Part shown: positions 1-10,440 of the stretch, piece by piece
How positions within the stretch are numbered: the stretch's first letter is position 1
How the letters are laid out: every line of letters begins with the position of its first letter
Origin: Candidatus Bathyarchaeota archaeon
GTDB lineage: Archaea > Thermoproteota > Bathyarchaeia > 40CM-2-53-6
Length of the DNA: 64,000 nt
Assembly: GCA_963733055.1 (NCBI GenBank)
Contig: CAVTBR010000002.1
Span: forward strand, 288,001-352,000
Reading direction: 5' to 3'
Made by a program: the position numbers and the translations under genes
The notes under the pieces: generated by a model
What the model saw: the letters and a program-made list of their open reading frames with translations, nothing else
Database searches by the model: none
What the model was told of the DNA's origin: nothing

Positions 1-183
1 GAGGAGGACTCCCCCTTCCAGGCCCGACATCCATCTTCCTAGACGCACGCGGTCGTAAGGCGGAAGCCCATACCGTAGGGCTTCTGGGCTGAGGCTTTCG
101 AACATGACCAACATAGCTTCGAAATCCTCAGGCTCAAACGACCGAACTGTGACGATCCTGCCGTCTTTCATGCGAAAATCCAT
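1..183 (-). CDS. GNAT-family N-acetyltransferase, N-terminal part (runs off window)
   Basis: Manual translation from ATG at 183: MDFRMKDGRIVTVRSFEPEDFEAMLVMFESLSPEALRYGLPP..., a typical GNAT N-terminus. Confidence 0.6.
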   Translation of the reverse strand, partial: MDFRMKDGRIVTVRSFEPEDFEAMLVMFESLSPEALRYGLPPYDRVRLGRWMSGLEGGVLL

Positions 184-254
184 GTCAACCCGAACGAAAA
201 TTGTGTTCGCCAAGAAATAATCATATTGTAACTGACGTTTTGATTTTAGTAAAG

Positions 255-584
255 TTACGGTGAAAGTTGGAATTCCAAGACGTCTTCCTTTCTCGATTTC
301 AATACGACGCCAGCGCCGATCTTCACTTCGTCACTTGAGTTAGAGAGGCGGCCGATGACCCTTGGTCCCTCGTCGATATCGATGATCGCTACTACGTAGG
401 GGGACTGATTTTCGAAACCCTGCGGGGGATATCTGATTGCGGTGAAAGTCACTACTCTTCCGCGGCCGGGAAGAAATGTCTGCTTTGTATTGCTGGAACA
501 ACGCGGGCAGGTTTGAGCGGGATAGAAATCTGCCCAACTGCATTTCTGGCAAGCGTATGAAACGAATTCTATTGGTGCGGTCAC
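255..584 (-). CDS. DUF35 Zn-ribbon/OB-fold protein (thiolase partner)
   Basis: CxxC...CPxC followed by OB-fold (GRVVTFT..., PYVVAIID); directly downstream of thiolase. Confidence 0.9.
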   Translation of the reverse strand: MTAPIEFVSYACQKCSWADFYPAQTCPRCSSNTKQTFLPGRGRVVTFTAIRYPPQGFENQSPYVVAIIDIDEGPRVIGRLSNSSDEVKIGAGVVLKSRKEDVLEFQLSP

Positions 585-587
585 AGG

Positions 588-1745
588 TTAATCCATCCTT
601 CGAAGAATGTGTGCGGTGACGGTGCTCCCGATTCCGCCAACGCTTTGGGCAAGGCCGATTTCTGCGCCGGGGACTTGGCATTTTCCAGCTTCGTTCTTGA
701 GTTGAAGAGCTAGCTCCGCAACTTGGTAGACCCCGCTCGCCCCGACGGGATGGCCTCTGGCCTTGAGTCCGCCGAAGGTGTTTGTTGGGAGTCGAGCGTC
801 ACGGGCACATTCTCCTTCCTCTAGAAGTTTAGCGCCCGCACCCTTCGGTGCGAAGCCCAGGTCTTCTAGCGCCATTATTCCAAGAATGGAAAAGGCGTCG
901 TGGACCTCAAGGAGGTCGATGTCTTCGGGTTTGATGCCTGCGAGTTTGTAGGCGCGATCTGAAGCTTTCTTGGAAGCGTCGAAGGTGGTGAGATGGGGCC
1001 TCGCGTAGAGGCTTAGGGTATCACTCGACACGCTTGAGGCTGCTACTTCCACTGGGGAGTCAGTGTATTTCTTGGCCGTCTCCGTTGGAACCATGAGAAC
1101 GGCTGCGGCTCCGTCCCCTATGCCGGAACAATCCAGAAGCCTGAGCGGATCTGCCACCAAGGGAGATTCCAAAACATCTCCCACGTCTATCTTCTTGCGA
1201 AATTGCGCTTTCGGATTGTCCAGGGCGTTTTGGTGGCACAGGACTGGGAATTCAGCCAACGCCTCGTGGGAGACGCCGTATTTGTGCATGTATTCCCTTG
1301 CGATCATGGCGTTGAGGCCGACGAATGTAACACCTGTTGATGCAACTTTCACTCTGTCCTCAGCCATCATCAACCCCGCCGTAACCTCAGGGGTAGAATA
1401 ACCGGACATCTTCTCAACCGCCCCCACCAACACGATATCCTCCAAACCCGAAAGCAAACCCTTCACAGCGGCGTTAGTGGCAACACCACCGGACGCGCAA
1501 GCGCCTTCAACCTTGTATGTGGGCACGCCTTGTTTGCCGAGCGCGGTAGCCATCAAGGCGCCTAGGTGTTCTTGGTTTTGGAGGAAACCAGACATCATGT
1601 TTCCTACGTATATGGAGTCGATCTTGTCAATTCCCGCGTCGTTGATCGCTTGGGTCGCAGCGTCGACGAATAGTTCAGTCAGGCTCTTTCCAGAGCCTGC
1701 CGTAACGGGCGTCGTTCCTACCCCGATTATCGCTGCTCCCCTCAA
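588..1745 (-). CDS. Archaeal thiolase (acetyl-CoA C-acyltransferase, SCP2/SCPx-like)
   Basis: EGACASG, EVHDAF and GHPVGASG motifs. Confidence 0.93.
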   Translation of the reverse strand: MRGAAIIGVGTTPVTAGSGKSLTELFVDAATQAINDAGIDKIDSIYVGNMMSGFLQNQEHLGALMATALGKQGVPTYKVEGACASGGVATNAAVKGLLSGLEDIVLVGAVEKMSGYSTPEVTAGLMMAEDRVKVASTGVTFVGLNAMIAREYMHKYGVSHEALAEFPVLCHQNALDNPKAQFRKKIDVGDVLESPLVADPLRLLDCSGIGDGAAAVLMVPTETAKKYTDSPVEVAASSVSSDTLSLYARPHLTTFDASKKASDRAYKLAGIKPEDIDLLEVHDAFSILGIMALEDLGFAPKGAGAKLLEEGECARDARLPTNTFGGLKARGHPVGASGVYQVAELALQLKNEAGKCQVPGAEIGLAQSVGGIGSTVTAHILRRMD

Positions 1746-1817
1746 GCTTCACTCCACACGAAGGCAGTAATTGGGGTAGGCTCTACGTTTAATTATTCGC
1801 TGGACAGTGCCTGTCTT

Positions 1818-1944
1818 GGAGTTGGCGGCCATAGCTGAGGGCTAGGACCCGTTCCCATTCCGAACACGGAAGTGAATCTCTCAGGCGATTCGGGTAGTAG
1901 TGTGTTCCGAAAGGCCACGCGAGTCCCGGACCGCTGCCGACTCC
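1818..1944 (+). rRNA. rrf: 5S rRNA (unlinked)
   Basis: GGCGGCCATAG...CCCGTTCCCATTCCGAACACGGAAGT conserved core; ends GGAGTTGGC/GCCGACTCC pair; AT-rich TATA-like box about 25 nt upstream and T-run downstream. Confidence 0.93.
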
Positions 1945-2037
1945 ATTTTTGTGACTTGGTTGATTGACGTGTAGTCAATTGAATGAATGTTTATTACCTG
2001 AAGGACGCGGTATCAAATAGAATTTCGAGGAATCTTA

Positions 2038-3177
2038 TTGTTACCTTCACTTGTCAGCATCGTCTTAGAGAACGGACCCGGCCTCTTCGGACAGAACCTG
2101 TTCACTAACCTAATCAACATAATTTGGGTTGGTTCATTCATCGCCCTCTTCCTGTTCGGGCAGCAGATTCAAAGTCGCTTAGCGCTCATGCAGATTGATG
2201 GCGCCGTAAGAAAACTTGAAAATATGAAAAACGACGCGAAGTCACTCACTATCAGAACCCTTCGCGATGTTGGAAAGGCTAAGGACGATCCGACGCCGAG
2301 ATTGAATACGCTACTTGAACAATTTCTAATCGAACCCGTAAGCATGGATCCAGCAGGGATCGTCAACAAGTTCGATCACCTTCTCGATGTTAGAGAAGCG
2401 AAGTTCAAGTCGGATGTGGCGAGGATAGCCCCAGAGGCTAACCCGACCCAAGTTAACAACCTCGAAAACCTTGTCGAGGCCACATGGGCTCTAAACTACA
2501 TGTTCAAGATTGTTAGGCATCTCTACCTGCTCGGCAAGAAGACGTTCAGCATCCTAGTCATATTCCAACTCCAAGCCTTCCTCCCCCTAATCATGCAAGA
2601 GGCTGAAGCCTACACTGGCGCGTCCAAGGCGTTCGCCGAAGGACATCCCATTGGCGACGGAGCCGGTCCGCTTGTCGCTAACAGGCTAATGCGTGGCCAC
2701 GAGAGCAGAAAGGTTCCGAAGGACATGGTCGCCGCAGAAACGACATTGGAGGGGAGAAGGGTAATCGCACTAAAGGCCGAAGGACCGGGGGGCAACGTAG
2801 GCAAACCCGGCGACGCAATTCGCCAAGTACTTGAAGAAAATAACGGGAAAGCCTCAATCATCATAATGGTAGACGCAGCCCTCAAGCTCGAGGGAGAGAA
2901 AACCGGGGAAGTAGCTGAAGGAATCGGCGCCGCGATCGGTGGCATCGGAACTGAGAGATTCAAGATAGAGGAAGAAGCCACGAAATTCGGCGTCCCCGTC
3001 TACGCCATCGTCATAAAGCAAAGTATCCTGGAGGCCGTTACCACTATGAGGAAGGAGATTGCGGAAGCCGTCGACCCCGCTATCGAGAAGATCAAACGCC
3101 TCATCCTCGAGACAACCAAAGAAGGCGAACTAGTCATAATCGCAGGCATTGGCAACACTGCGGGAATAGCACCATAG
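2038..3177 (+). CDS. DUF1512 family protein
   Basis: N-terminal TM; PIGDGAGP, GPGGNVGKPG, VDAALKLEGE and GIGNT motifs. Confidence 0.85.
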   Translation: MLPSLVSIVLENGPGLFGQNLFTNLINIIWVGSFIALFLFGQQIQSRLALMQIDGAVRKLENMKNDAKSLTIRTLRDVGKAKDDPTPRLNTLLEQFLIEPVSMDPAGIVNKFDHLLDVREAKFKSDVARIAPEANPTQVNNLENLVEATWALNYMFKIVRHLYLLGKKTFSILVIFQLQAFLPLIMQEAEAYTGASKAFAEGHPIGDGAGPLVANRLMRGHESRKVPKDMVAAETTLEGRRVIALKAEGPGGNVGKPGDAIRQVLEENNGKASIIIMVDAALKLEGEKTGEVAEGIGAAIGGIGTERFKIEEEATKFGVPVYAIVIKQSILEAVTTMRKEIAEAVDPAIEKIKRLILETTKEGELVIIAGIGNTAGIAP

Positions 3178-3187
3178 GCGATAAGAT

Positions 3188-3580
3188 TTGAGCGCTAAGA
3201 CATCAGCGATCTGGGGTTACCTCATGATGGCCTTCTCGCTAGTAATCCTAGCAATATCCATGTTCGCAATGGTCCAGGCACTGAACAACTACCAAGCAGG
3301 CCAATACACCCAGTTCATAGTTTACGCACTCATGGCCTCAGTAGGAACGGTCCTCGCAATCTCATCCATTACAAAGATGCGCCAACGAATGGTCTACCTC
3401 CAACACGTAGCGGCAAAGGTACTCAGCCAGATCATTTGCGCAAGCTGCGGGTTCAAAGTGCTCCGATCGTTCAGCACGGGAGACTACATCTCCAAGGAAG
3501 TTGGCCAATGCCAACAGTGCAAGGGGAGCATGCGCGTAGACGTGATCTACGCAGAAGACGTCAACCCTAAGAAAAACTAA
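3188..3580 (+). CDS. Two-TM membrane protein with C-terminal Zn ribbon
   Basis: Two hydrophobic helices, CASC and CQQC; follows DUF1512. Confidence 0.75.
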   Translation: MSAKTSAIWGYLMMAFSLVILAISMFAMVQALNNYQAGQYTQFIVYALMASVGTVLAISSITKMRQRMVYLQHVAAKVLSQIICASCGFKVLRSFSTGDYISKEVGQCQQCKGSMRVDVIYAEDVNPKKN

Positions 3581-4467
3581 CCCGTCAGAATTCTGCAGCC
3601 GCCCTCAGTAACCACGACAGTATGCTCTGCCTGGGCGATGGGCTGGCCACTCGATTCCACCAGCACAGGGTACCCGACAACGCATCGCTGAGAAACCAAC
3701 TCCCCGAAAGCCGCAAAATCGCCTTCCCATGAATTGTGAATCCAACAAGACGCGAAAGGCAGAGTCTTAAACGTCTCCTTAACATAGTCAACAAGCTGAA
3801 CGGCTACTTTCGACTTGGCGCCCTTTGTTTTCACAAGCCGGTAAATGTACGCCGAGTCACCATCCTCTACCGCCCCCTCAGCGCTTCGCAGAGTTACAAA
3901 GGGCTCTACGGCGTAAATCTCCCCAACTTCAAATCGCCCGCTCTCAATCCCCGACACATTCGGGACAGACTTGCCCGCATGTAGATTGTACCGTTCTATC
4001 TTGTGCCCCGTCAGATTTCGTATCGGCTTGAAGCCATATCGTTCGATGCAACGTTCCACCACACCGCCAACATCTGAAAGCTTGCGTCCAGGCGCGATGG
4101 CTGATACGGCCTCTTGCAGCGCGGCTTCTGCGGCTATGATCATGGAATCGTATGCTGGATTAAGTGAGAGTGGAATAGCGGTGTCAGTCGCAAACCCATC
4201 TAACTCGACACCGAAATCAACCTTGACAATAGATCCGTCAGGAACGATGCTCACGTCGTCCCAAGGGCTGGTGTAGTGTGCGGCAACCTCATTGATGCCA
4301 ACGTTGCAAGGGAAAGCCGACCTACCGCCGAACTCTCGAATCTTCCCCTCAACCTCCTCACAAACATCCAGAACCTTCCTGCCCCGAACATCCATCCCCC
4401 TCACGTACTCACGAACGCGGGAGAGGATTTTTCCTGATTCAACGAATCTCTCCAACTCTTGACTCAA
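3577..4467 (-). CDS. map: Type II methionine aminopeptidase
   Basis: AFPCN, AAHYT, KVDFGV..DG..TDTA, NLTGH, AVEPF, AQAEHT. Confidence 0.95.
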   Translation of the reverse strand: MSQELERFVESGKILSRVREYVRGMDVRGRKVLDVCEEVEGKIREFGGRSAFPCNVGINEVAAHYTSPWDDVSIVPDGSIVKVDFGVELDGFATDTAIPLSLNPAYDSMIIAAEAALQEAVSAIAPGRKLSDVGGVVERCIERYGFKPIRNLTGHKIERYNLHAGKSVPNVSGIESGRFEVGEIYAVEPFVTLRSAEGAVEDGDSAYIYRLVKTKGAKSKVAVQLVDYVKETFKTLPFASCWIHNSWEGDFAAFGELVSQRCVVGYPVLVESSGQPIAQAEHTVVVTEGGCRILTG

Positions 4468-4588
4468 ACGGGGCTAAACCTTCTTTAAACAACGCCCATT
4501 TCTCTAGCCATCTAATTAGGATTCACAACCCGTATGAAATTAGGGAAATACAAGTGAAGCATGCCCCCGAATCGGTGAAATCGAAACC

Positions 4589-5722
4589 TTGTCAACCAGC
4601 AATGAAGAAATGGTCGTAACGCCCTGGGAAGTACGAGGCAAAATAGATTACGACAAACTAATCAGAGATTTCGGAACCCAACCCATAACTCCGGAATTAC
4701 TCGAACGCATCCAGAAATTCACCGGAACCCTACATCCTCAACTGCAACGCCGCATATTCTTTTCACACCGAGACCTTGATTGGATCCTTCAACGTTACGA
4801 GGCTGGAGAGAAGTTCGTCCTCTACACAGGTAGAGGACCATCCGGACCCGTCCACATAGGCCATCTCGCACCGTGGATCTTCACCAAATACCTTCAAGAC
4901 AAATTCGGGGCCAAACTGTACTTTCAAATGACCGACGACGAAAAATTCCTCTACCACGACAACTTCTCGATCGAGGAACCCCAGAAATGGGCGTACGAAA
5001 ACGCACTGGACATAATCGCCCTCGGTTTTGATCCTAAGAAAACCAAGATCATCATGGACACGAAGAACATAGATTCCCTTTACCACCTAGCAATCCAGAT
5101 AGCCAAACGCATGACCTACTCTACAGTCCGCGCAGTCTTCGGGTTTAAAGAAAGCACGAACATTGGCATGCTCTTCTACCCAGCAATTCAAGCCGTCCCC
5201 GCATTCCTAGAATCCTACCTGACCGGAAAGAACGTCCCTTGTCTTATCCCAGCAGCGATAGACCAAGACCCGTACTGGCGAGTAGCCCGCGACGTCGCAC
5301 CAAAACTAGGTTACTACAAGCCCGCTCAAATTCACAGCAGGTTCGTGGCGGGGCTGGGACGAGGTGGGAAGATGTCCGCGTCCGAACCTGAGACATCCAT
5401 TTTCACCGTAGATTCGCCGGAAGCAGCAGAGAAGAAGATCATGGGCGCGTTCACGGGAGGAAGAAGTACAATCGAAGAACAGCGCCGTCTGGGAGCGAAC
5501 CCCGACATCTGCTCGGTCTTCTCCTACGACTACTTCCTCTTCATGGATCAAAAGGAAATCGAGGACCTACGATTCAACTGTCTGGCAGGAAATATCATGT
5601 GCGGGGAATGCAAGCAAACCTTAGCGGCGCGTGTGAAGAAATTCCTGACAGAACACCAAGAGAAACGCGAGAAAGCGAAGGACAGGTTCGAAGAATATCT
5701 CTTCAACCCAAAGGACGTCTAG
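4589..5722 (+). CDS. trpS: Tryptophanyl-tRNA synthetase
   Basis: VTPWEV, YTGRGPS, HIGH, AIDQDPY, KMSAS. Confidence 0.97.
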   Translation: MSTSNEEMVVTPWEVRGKIDYDKLIRDFGTQPITPELLERIQKFTGTLHPQLQRRIFFSHRDLDWILQRYEAGEKFVLYTGRGPSGPVHIGHLAPWIFTKYLQDKFGAKLYFQMTDDEKFLYHDNFSIEEPQKWAYENALDIIALGFDPKKTKIIMDTKNIDSLYHLAIQIAKRMTYSTVRAVFGFKESTNIGMLFYPAIQAVPAFLESYLTGKNVPCLIPAAIDQDPYWRVARDVAPKLGYYKPAQIHSRFVAGLGRGGKMSASEPETSIFTVDSPEAAEKKIMGAFTGGRSTIEEQRRLGANPDICSVFSYDYFLFMDQKEIEDLRFNCLAGNIMCGECKQTLAARVKKFLTEHQEKREKAKDRFEEYLFNPKDV

Positions 5723-5891
5723 GCAATCTAATATACACCCACCAAGCTACCTGCCAACAATCAAGGTCGAAGCCATGATTGCAGGCGACTACCTTTTCAG
5801 GCAACGGCCTACCTCACCTCGCGGCCTATGACACACTGGCGATAGCCCCGCCGAAACCGCATTCAACATCCCGAAAGGGAGAGAGATTTTC

Positions 5892-7409
5892 TTGATTCAG
5901 CTCCGTGAAAACGAAGCGGCAGTGCTGAAAGCCCTGCAATCGTCGGGAGGCAATTGCTCTTTCGAGGAATTGGTAACGAGCTCTCGGCAGGAAAGCGCGG
6001 CGGCAACCCGCGCCCTCGCCACGCTGCAGGAAAAGCAGCTCGTAAGCGTCCGTGAGACGGAACAGATCCTACTCAAACTTACAGCGGAAGGAGCTGAGTA
6101 TGCCAAACTCGGGTTACCCGAACGAAGACTTGTCCAAGCAGTGCTGGAGTTGGGAGGCGAAGCCACGCTCGAACAAGCCTCACGACGCGCCGGAATTCAG
6201 CCAGCGATGGCATCAGTCGCTCTGGGATGGATCAAAGTCACGAAGTGGTGTGAGGTCACATCTGAACAGCAGAAAGTCGTGCTCAGAGCAGCGGGCATTC
6301 CGGATAAAACAGACCCCGAAGAGTTGCTTGAAAAATTAACAGCGAAACATGAGATCTCCTTAGACGAACTTTCCCCTAACCTGAGGAAAGAAGTGGAGAC
6401 GCTCAGACGTCGTAAACTCGTTGAGACCAGAAAACGCTCACGACGTTACATCGAGCTATCGCCTCAAGGGTGGAAAGCACTCGAGGAGGGGGTAGATGTT
6501 CCAGTCGAAGTGAGCGACCTTACTCCCGACCTACTCACGTCGCAACAATGGAAGAAGGTCACATTCAGAAAATACAATATTGCCGCCTCAGTGACTCCCT
6601 CTTGGCCGGGAAAGAAACAACCATATCGTCTGTTCCTTGACGATCTGAAGAAGAAACTCGTCAACCTAGGCTTCAAGGAAATGCTCGGCCCGACGGTCGA
6701 GCTCATGTTCTTCAACTGCGACGCACTCTTCATGCCCCAAGACCACCCAGCTCGAGAAATTCACGACATATACTTCATCAAGACAGATCAAAAAGGCGAG
6801 TTGGCTGAAAACGCGCCGTTCATGGAACCAGTCGCGAAGACGCATGAAAACGGCTGGAAAACAGGCTCAACCGGGTGGCAATATTCCTACTCCCGAGAGG
6901 AAGCCCTGAAACTCATACTCCGAAGCCAAGGCACCGCCGAAAGCGTGCGCGCACTAGTAAGTAAAGAGCTGCAGATACCCGGGAAATACTTCTCCGTAGC
7001 CAGATGCTTTAGGCCGGATCAAGTAGACCGCACTCACCTCACCGAGTTCAACCAAGTTGAAGGAATCGTAGTGGGAGCCGGGCTGTCGCTCCGAGATCTA
7101 CTCGGCGTACTTGAACGGTTCGCGATAGACATCGCCGGAGCTGAAAAGGTTCGATTCAGACCCGACTACTTCCCATTCACCGAACCGAGCATAGAGCTAC
7201 AGGCGTACAAGAAGGATGTAGGTTGGCTTGAGTTCGGAGGGTCCGGCATATTTCGCCCTGAAGTCACCAAACCATTGGGCATCGACGTTCCTGTACTGGC
7301 CTGGGGTATTGGAGCTGACCGACTCTACATGATGCGGGAAGGAATCGAAGACATACGCCTACTCTTCGCCCAAGACCTCGACTGGCTACGTAAGCAGAAG
7401 GTGCCATGA
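5892..7409 (+). CDS. pheS: Phenylalanyl-tRNA synthetase alpha subunit (archaeal type)
   Basis: N-terminal wHTH domains, PQDHPARE, THLTEFNQVEG, YFPFTEPS, GIFRPEV. Confidence 0.96.
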   Translation: MIQLRENEAAVLKALQSSGGNCSFEELVTSSRQESAAATRALATLQEKQLVSVRETEQILLKLTAEGAEYAKLGLPERRLVQAVLELGGEATLEQASRRAGIQPAMASVALGWIKVTKWCEVTSEQQKVVLRAAGIPDKTDPEELLEKLTAKHEISLDELSPNLRKEVETLRRRKLVETRKRSRRYIELSPQGWKALEEGVDVPVEVSDLTPDLLTSQQWKKVTFRKYNIAASVTPSWPGKKQPYRLFLDDLKKKLVNLGFKEMLGPTVELMFFNCDALFMPQDHPAREIHDIYFIKTDQKGELAENAPFMEPVAKTHENGWKTGSTGWQYSYSREEALKLILRSQGTAESVRALVSKELQIPGKYFSVARCFRPDQVDRTHLTEFNQVEGIVVGAGLSLRDLLGVLERFAIDIAGAEKVRFRPDYFPFTEPSIELQAYKKDVGWLEFGGSGIFRPEVTKPLGIDVPVLAWGIGADRLYMMREGIEDIRLLFAQDLDWLRKQKVP

Positions 7410-7410
7410 A

Positions 7411-9166
7411 ATGGTCACGATTCTCACAAAACTAGACGACCTAGAGCAGCTCTACGGCAAGAAACTCCCCCGAAACCAAAACGAACTCAACGAGTTACTC
7501 TACTCTGTCAAATGCGAGCTATCAGGCCCGACCGAAACCGGACAAATCTCCGACGATTCCGAACTACAATTGGAGAACAAGGACACCAACAGGCCGGACA
7601 CGTGGAGCGCGGAGGGGGTAGCCCGTGCGTTAAGGGGTTACCAGGGACTTGAGCTTGGACTCAAGAAATACTCTGCTAGGAAGACCGCAGTCGAAATCTC
7701 AGTGGACAAGGAGCTTGCTAAAATAAGGCCGTTCATCTGCTGCGCGGTCGCCCGAAACGTCAAGGTCAACGATGCGATCATCCGCGGACTCGTACAACTC
7801 CAAGAAAAACTCGACAAGACTTACGGGAGAAACCGAAAGAGATCGTCAATCGGTTTCTACGATTTCGACCAAATCACGCCACCACTCCGTTACGGCGCGG
7901 TGGGACTAGACGAAGTGAAGTTCGTTCCCCTTGAATGGGACCACCCGCTCTCGCTCCGCGAAATCCTAGAGCAACATCCCAAGGGAATAGAATACGGTGG
8001 AATAGTCAAACCGTATCCTAAGATGCCCATAATCCTAGAAGCGAAGAACAAAGTCCTATCATTCCCACCCATCATAAACTCCAACGACCTCGGCCGCATA
8101 ACACCCGAAACAAAGAGCATACTCGTTGAGATCACCGGAACGTCCGAGGAAACCGTATCGAACGCCCTAACCATCCTGACAACCTGCCTAGCCGACCGTG
8201 GAGCCGAAATCAACTCAGCGATCATACACTACTCGTATGGAAAACGGCGCCACGTAACGACGCCTAATTTTAGCGAGCGATTTGTGAAGGTGCCTGAGCA
8301 AGAGGTGGCGAGCATTATCGGCTTGAGTTTGGCCCGCCCCGAAATCGTGAAGCTTCTACGACGAGCGAGATTCGACGTCAAACCCGGGTCGGGTAAAAAC
8401 TTGAATGTTCGAGTACCTTGCTACCGATTGGACATCTTACACCCCGTGGATGTGATCGAAGACATCGCGATCGCCTATGGAATTAACCGGATCGATCCCC
8501 GATGGCCACCCGATCTAACCATCGGGAGCCTCTCGACAATGGAAGAATTCTCAGATACGATTAGGGAGCTTGCAGTAGGGCTCGGTTTTCAGGAAGTGCT
8601 AAGCTTCATGATGACCAGCCCCGAGAAAGTATTTGATAAGATGAACCGACAAGTGGGACGGCGTAGTGGGGATTGCGAACCCCAAAGTAACAACACTAAC
8701 CTGTCTCCGTTCCTGGTTGTTGCCCAGTCTGATGGATTTTCTATCCAACAACACCCATGTCGAGTATCCTCAGAAACTGTTCGAGGTGGGCGACTACGTA
8801 GACTGGGACCCCGCACTTCCTACACGAACGAGGGACGTACGAGGACTTGCCTGCGTATTAGCACACTCGAAAGCTAACTTCACGGAAATGAAGTCGCACC
8901 TCGAACCCCTCATGACGAACCTAGGATTACAATTCACCATCGCACCGATCGAGCACCCAAGCTTCCTGGAAGGACGAATCGGGAGCATTCATATCGGAGA
9001 CGAGGAGGTTGGAATAATAGGAGAGGTACACCCTCAAGTCATCGAGAACTGGAAACTCCAGAACCCCGTTGCTGCCATGGAACTTGAAATTGACCGTCTG
9101 TTCAAGCTGCGAAGCAAAGACGCTCGGCGGCACCACAGCCTGCCCACCTCCGAGAGAGCCAACTGA
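7411..9166 (+). CDS. pheT: Phenylalanyl-tRNA synthetase beta subunit (split by +1 indel near 8655-8657)
   Basis: NRPD, QLQEKL, SFPPIINS, DVIEDIAIAYG in frame 1; IANP..LRSWLLPSL, GEVHP in frame 2; removing one G in GTGGGAC joins the frames. Confidence 0.9.
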
Positions 9167-9342
9167 GTGGGGCGACGCCCTCCAGTGAAGTTTGCGTGTT
9201 AGTGTCGTGGGCGACAAGGGCTGAAAAGTCGGCTCGTCCGATCTATCAGCCCTGCGGCGAATCCGCTCCAGCGAAGTGATATCAGGCACACAAGCAAACA
9301 AAAAGGACGGCGGAAACGTACCTTTCCTAGGGAGAATCAAGA

Positions 9343-10431
9343 GTGGATACAGAAGCGAAGCTAGGGCTAGTTACCCGCAACGCCGAAGAGATCATCACAC
9401 GCGAAGAAATGAAGTCGCTATTGGAAACTAAGACCCGGCCGCGTGCCTACTGGGGTTTCGAGGCAAGCGGGATGATGCACATTGGCATGGGCCTCGTCTG
9501 CGGAAGAAAGATCATTGACATGATCGAGGCTGGATTCGATTACATAGTATTCCTAGCCGACTGGCATTCATGGATCAACAACAAACTCGGAGGCAAAATG
9601 GAGAACATCCAAACCTGTGGGAAATACTTGAAACAATGTTTCACCGCCCTCGGCATCCCACCCTCAAAGGCTACGTACCTATGGGCCTCGGAACTAACCT
9701 CCAAACAAGAATATTGGGAACGAGTGGTGAGGGTCGGGAAATCAGTTAGCGTGAACCGAATATGGCGAGCGCTCCCGATTATGGGTAGGGGAATGAACGC
9801 TACCGATCTAGAAGCCGCGTCAGCCTTCTACCCGTGCATGCAGGTAGCGGACATATTCGAAATGCAATTAGACGTTGCCTGTGCAGGCATGGATCAGAGA
9901 AAGGCACACGCTCTGGCAAGGGACGTCGGTGAAAAGCTTGGATGGCATAAACCGATTAGCCTTCACACACACCTCCTACCAGGCCTCGCGGGTATGAAGA
10001 GAATGGAGGCAACAAGTTTCGATGAGGATAAGCAACTCAACGCTCAGATTACAGCCAAAATGTCAAAGAGCATTGCTGAGAGCGGAGTGATAGTTCACGA
10101 CGAGCCCGATATCATCAAAAAGAAACTTCGCTCCGCTTATTGTCCTGAGAAGGACGTTGAGAATAACCCAGTTATCGAGATGGCCCGCTACGCGACCTTC
10201 CCGTGGACCGGCTCACTGAACGTAGACCGGCCGAGCAAATACGGCGGCCCACTCTCCTTCGCCACTTCTAAGGAGTTGGAGGAAGAATATCGGCTAGGCA
10301 AAATACATCCACTAGATCTCAAGAACGCTGTAGCCGACAGCCTGATCAAAATCCTGGAACCCGTCAGACAGGAATTCAAAGAACACCCGGAACTGTTGCG
10401 TAAAATGGAACAAATGGAAATAACAAGGTAA
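9343..10431 (+). CDS. tyrS: Tyrosyl-tRNA synthetase
   Basis: YWGFEASG, HIGM, YPCMQVADI, GMDQRKAH, KMSKS, HPLDLK. Confidence 0.96.
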   Translation: MDTEAKLGLVTRNAEEIITREEMKSLLETKTRPRAYWGFEASGMMHIGMGLVCGRKIIDMIEAGFDYIVFLADWHSWINNKLGGKMENIQTCGKYLKQCFTALGIPPSKATYLWASELTSKQEYWERVVRVGKSVSVNRIWRALPIMGRGMNATDLEAASAFYPCMQVADIFEMQLDVACAGMDQRKAHALARDVGEKLGWHKPISLHTHLLPGLAGMKRMEATSFDEDKQLNAQITAKMSKSIAESGVIVHDEPDIIKKKLRSAYCPEKDVENNPVIEMARYATFPWTGSLNVDRPSKYGGPLSFATSKELEEEYRLGKIHPLDLKNAVADSLIKILEPVRQEFKEHPELLRKMEQMEITR

Positions 10432-10440
10432 AATTGCTCG

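Noticed and set aside
1793-1978. Short ORFs over the 5S rRNA (and similarly over SRP RNA and tRNA-Leu)
   Set aside because: They overlap clear structural RNA genes
5760-5891. T-box riboswitch upstream of pheS (or tyrS)
   Set aside because: No GGTGGNACC T-box consensus or terminator/antiterminator pair seen
8650-8670. Programmed frameshift or pseudogenisation of pheT
   Set aside because: One extra G in a G-run of an essential gene; similar small indels in phospholipase C (about 31587), htpX (about 38684) and at about 61030 point to sequencing or assembly error. Read mapping would settle it
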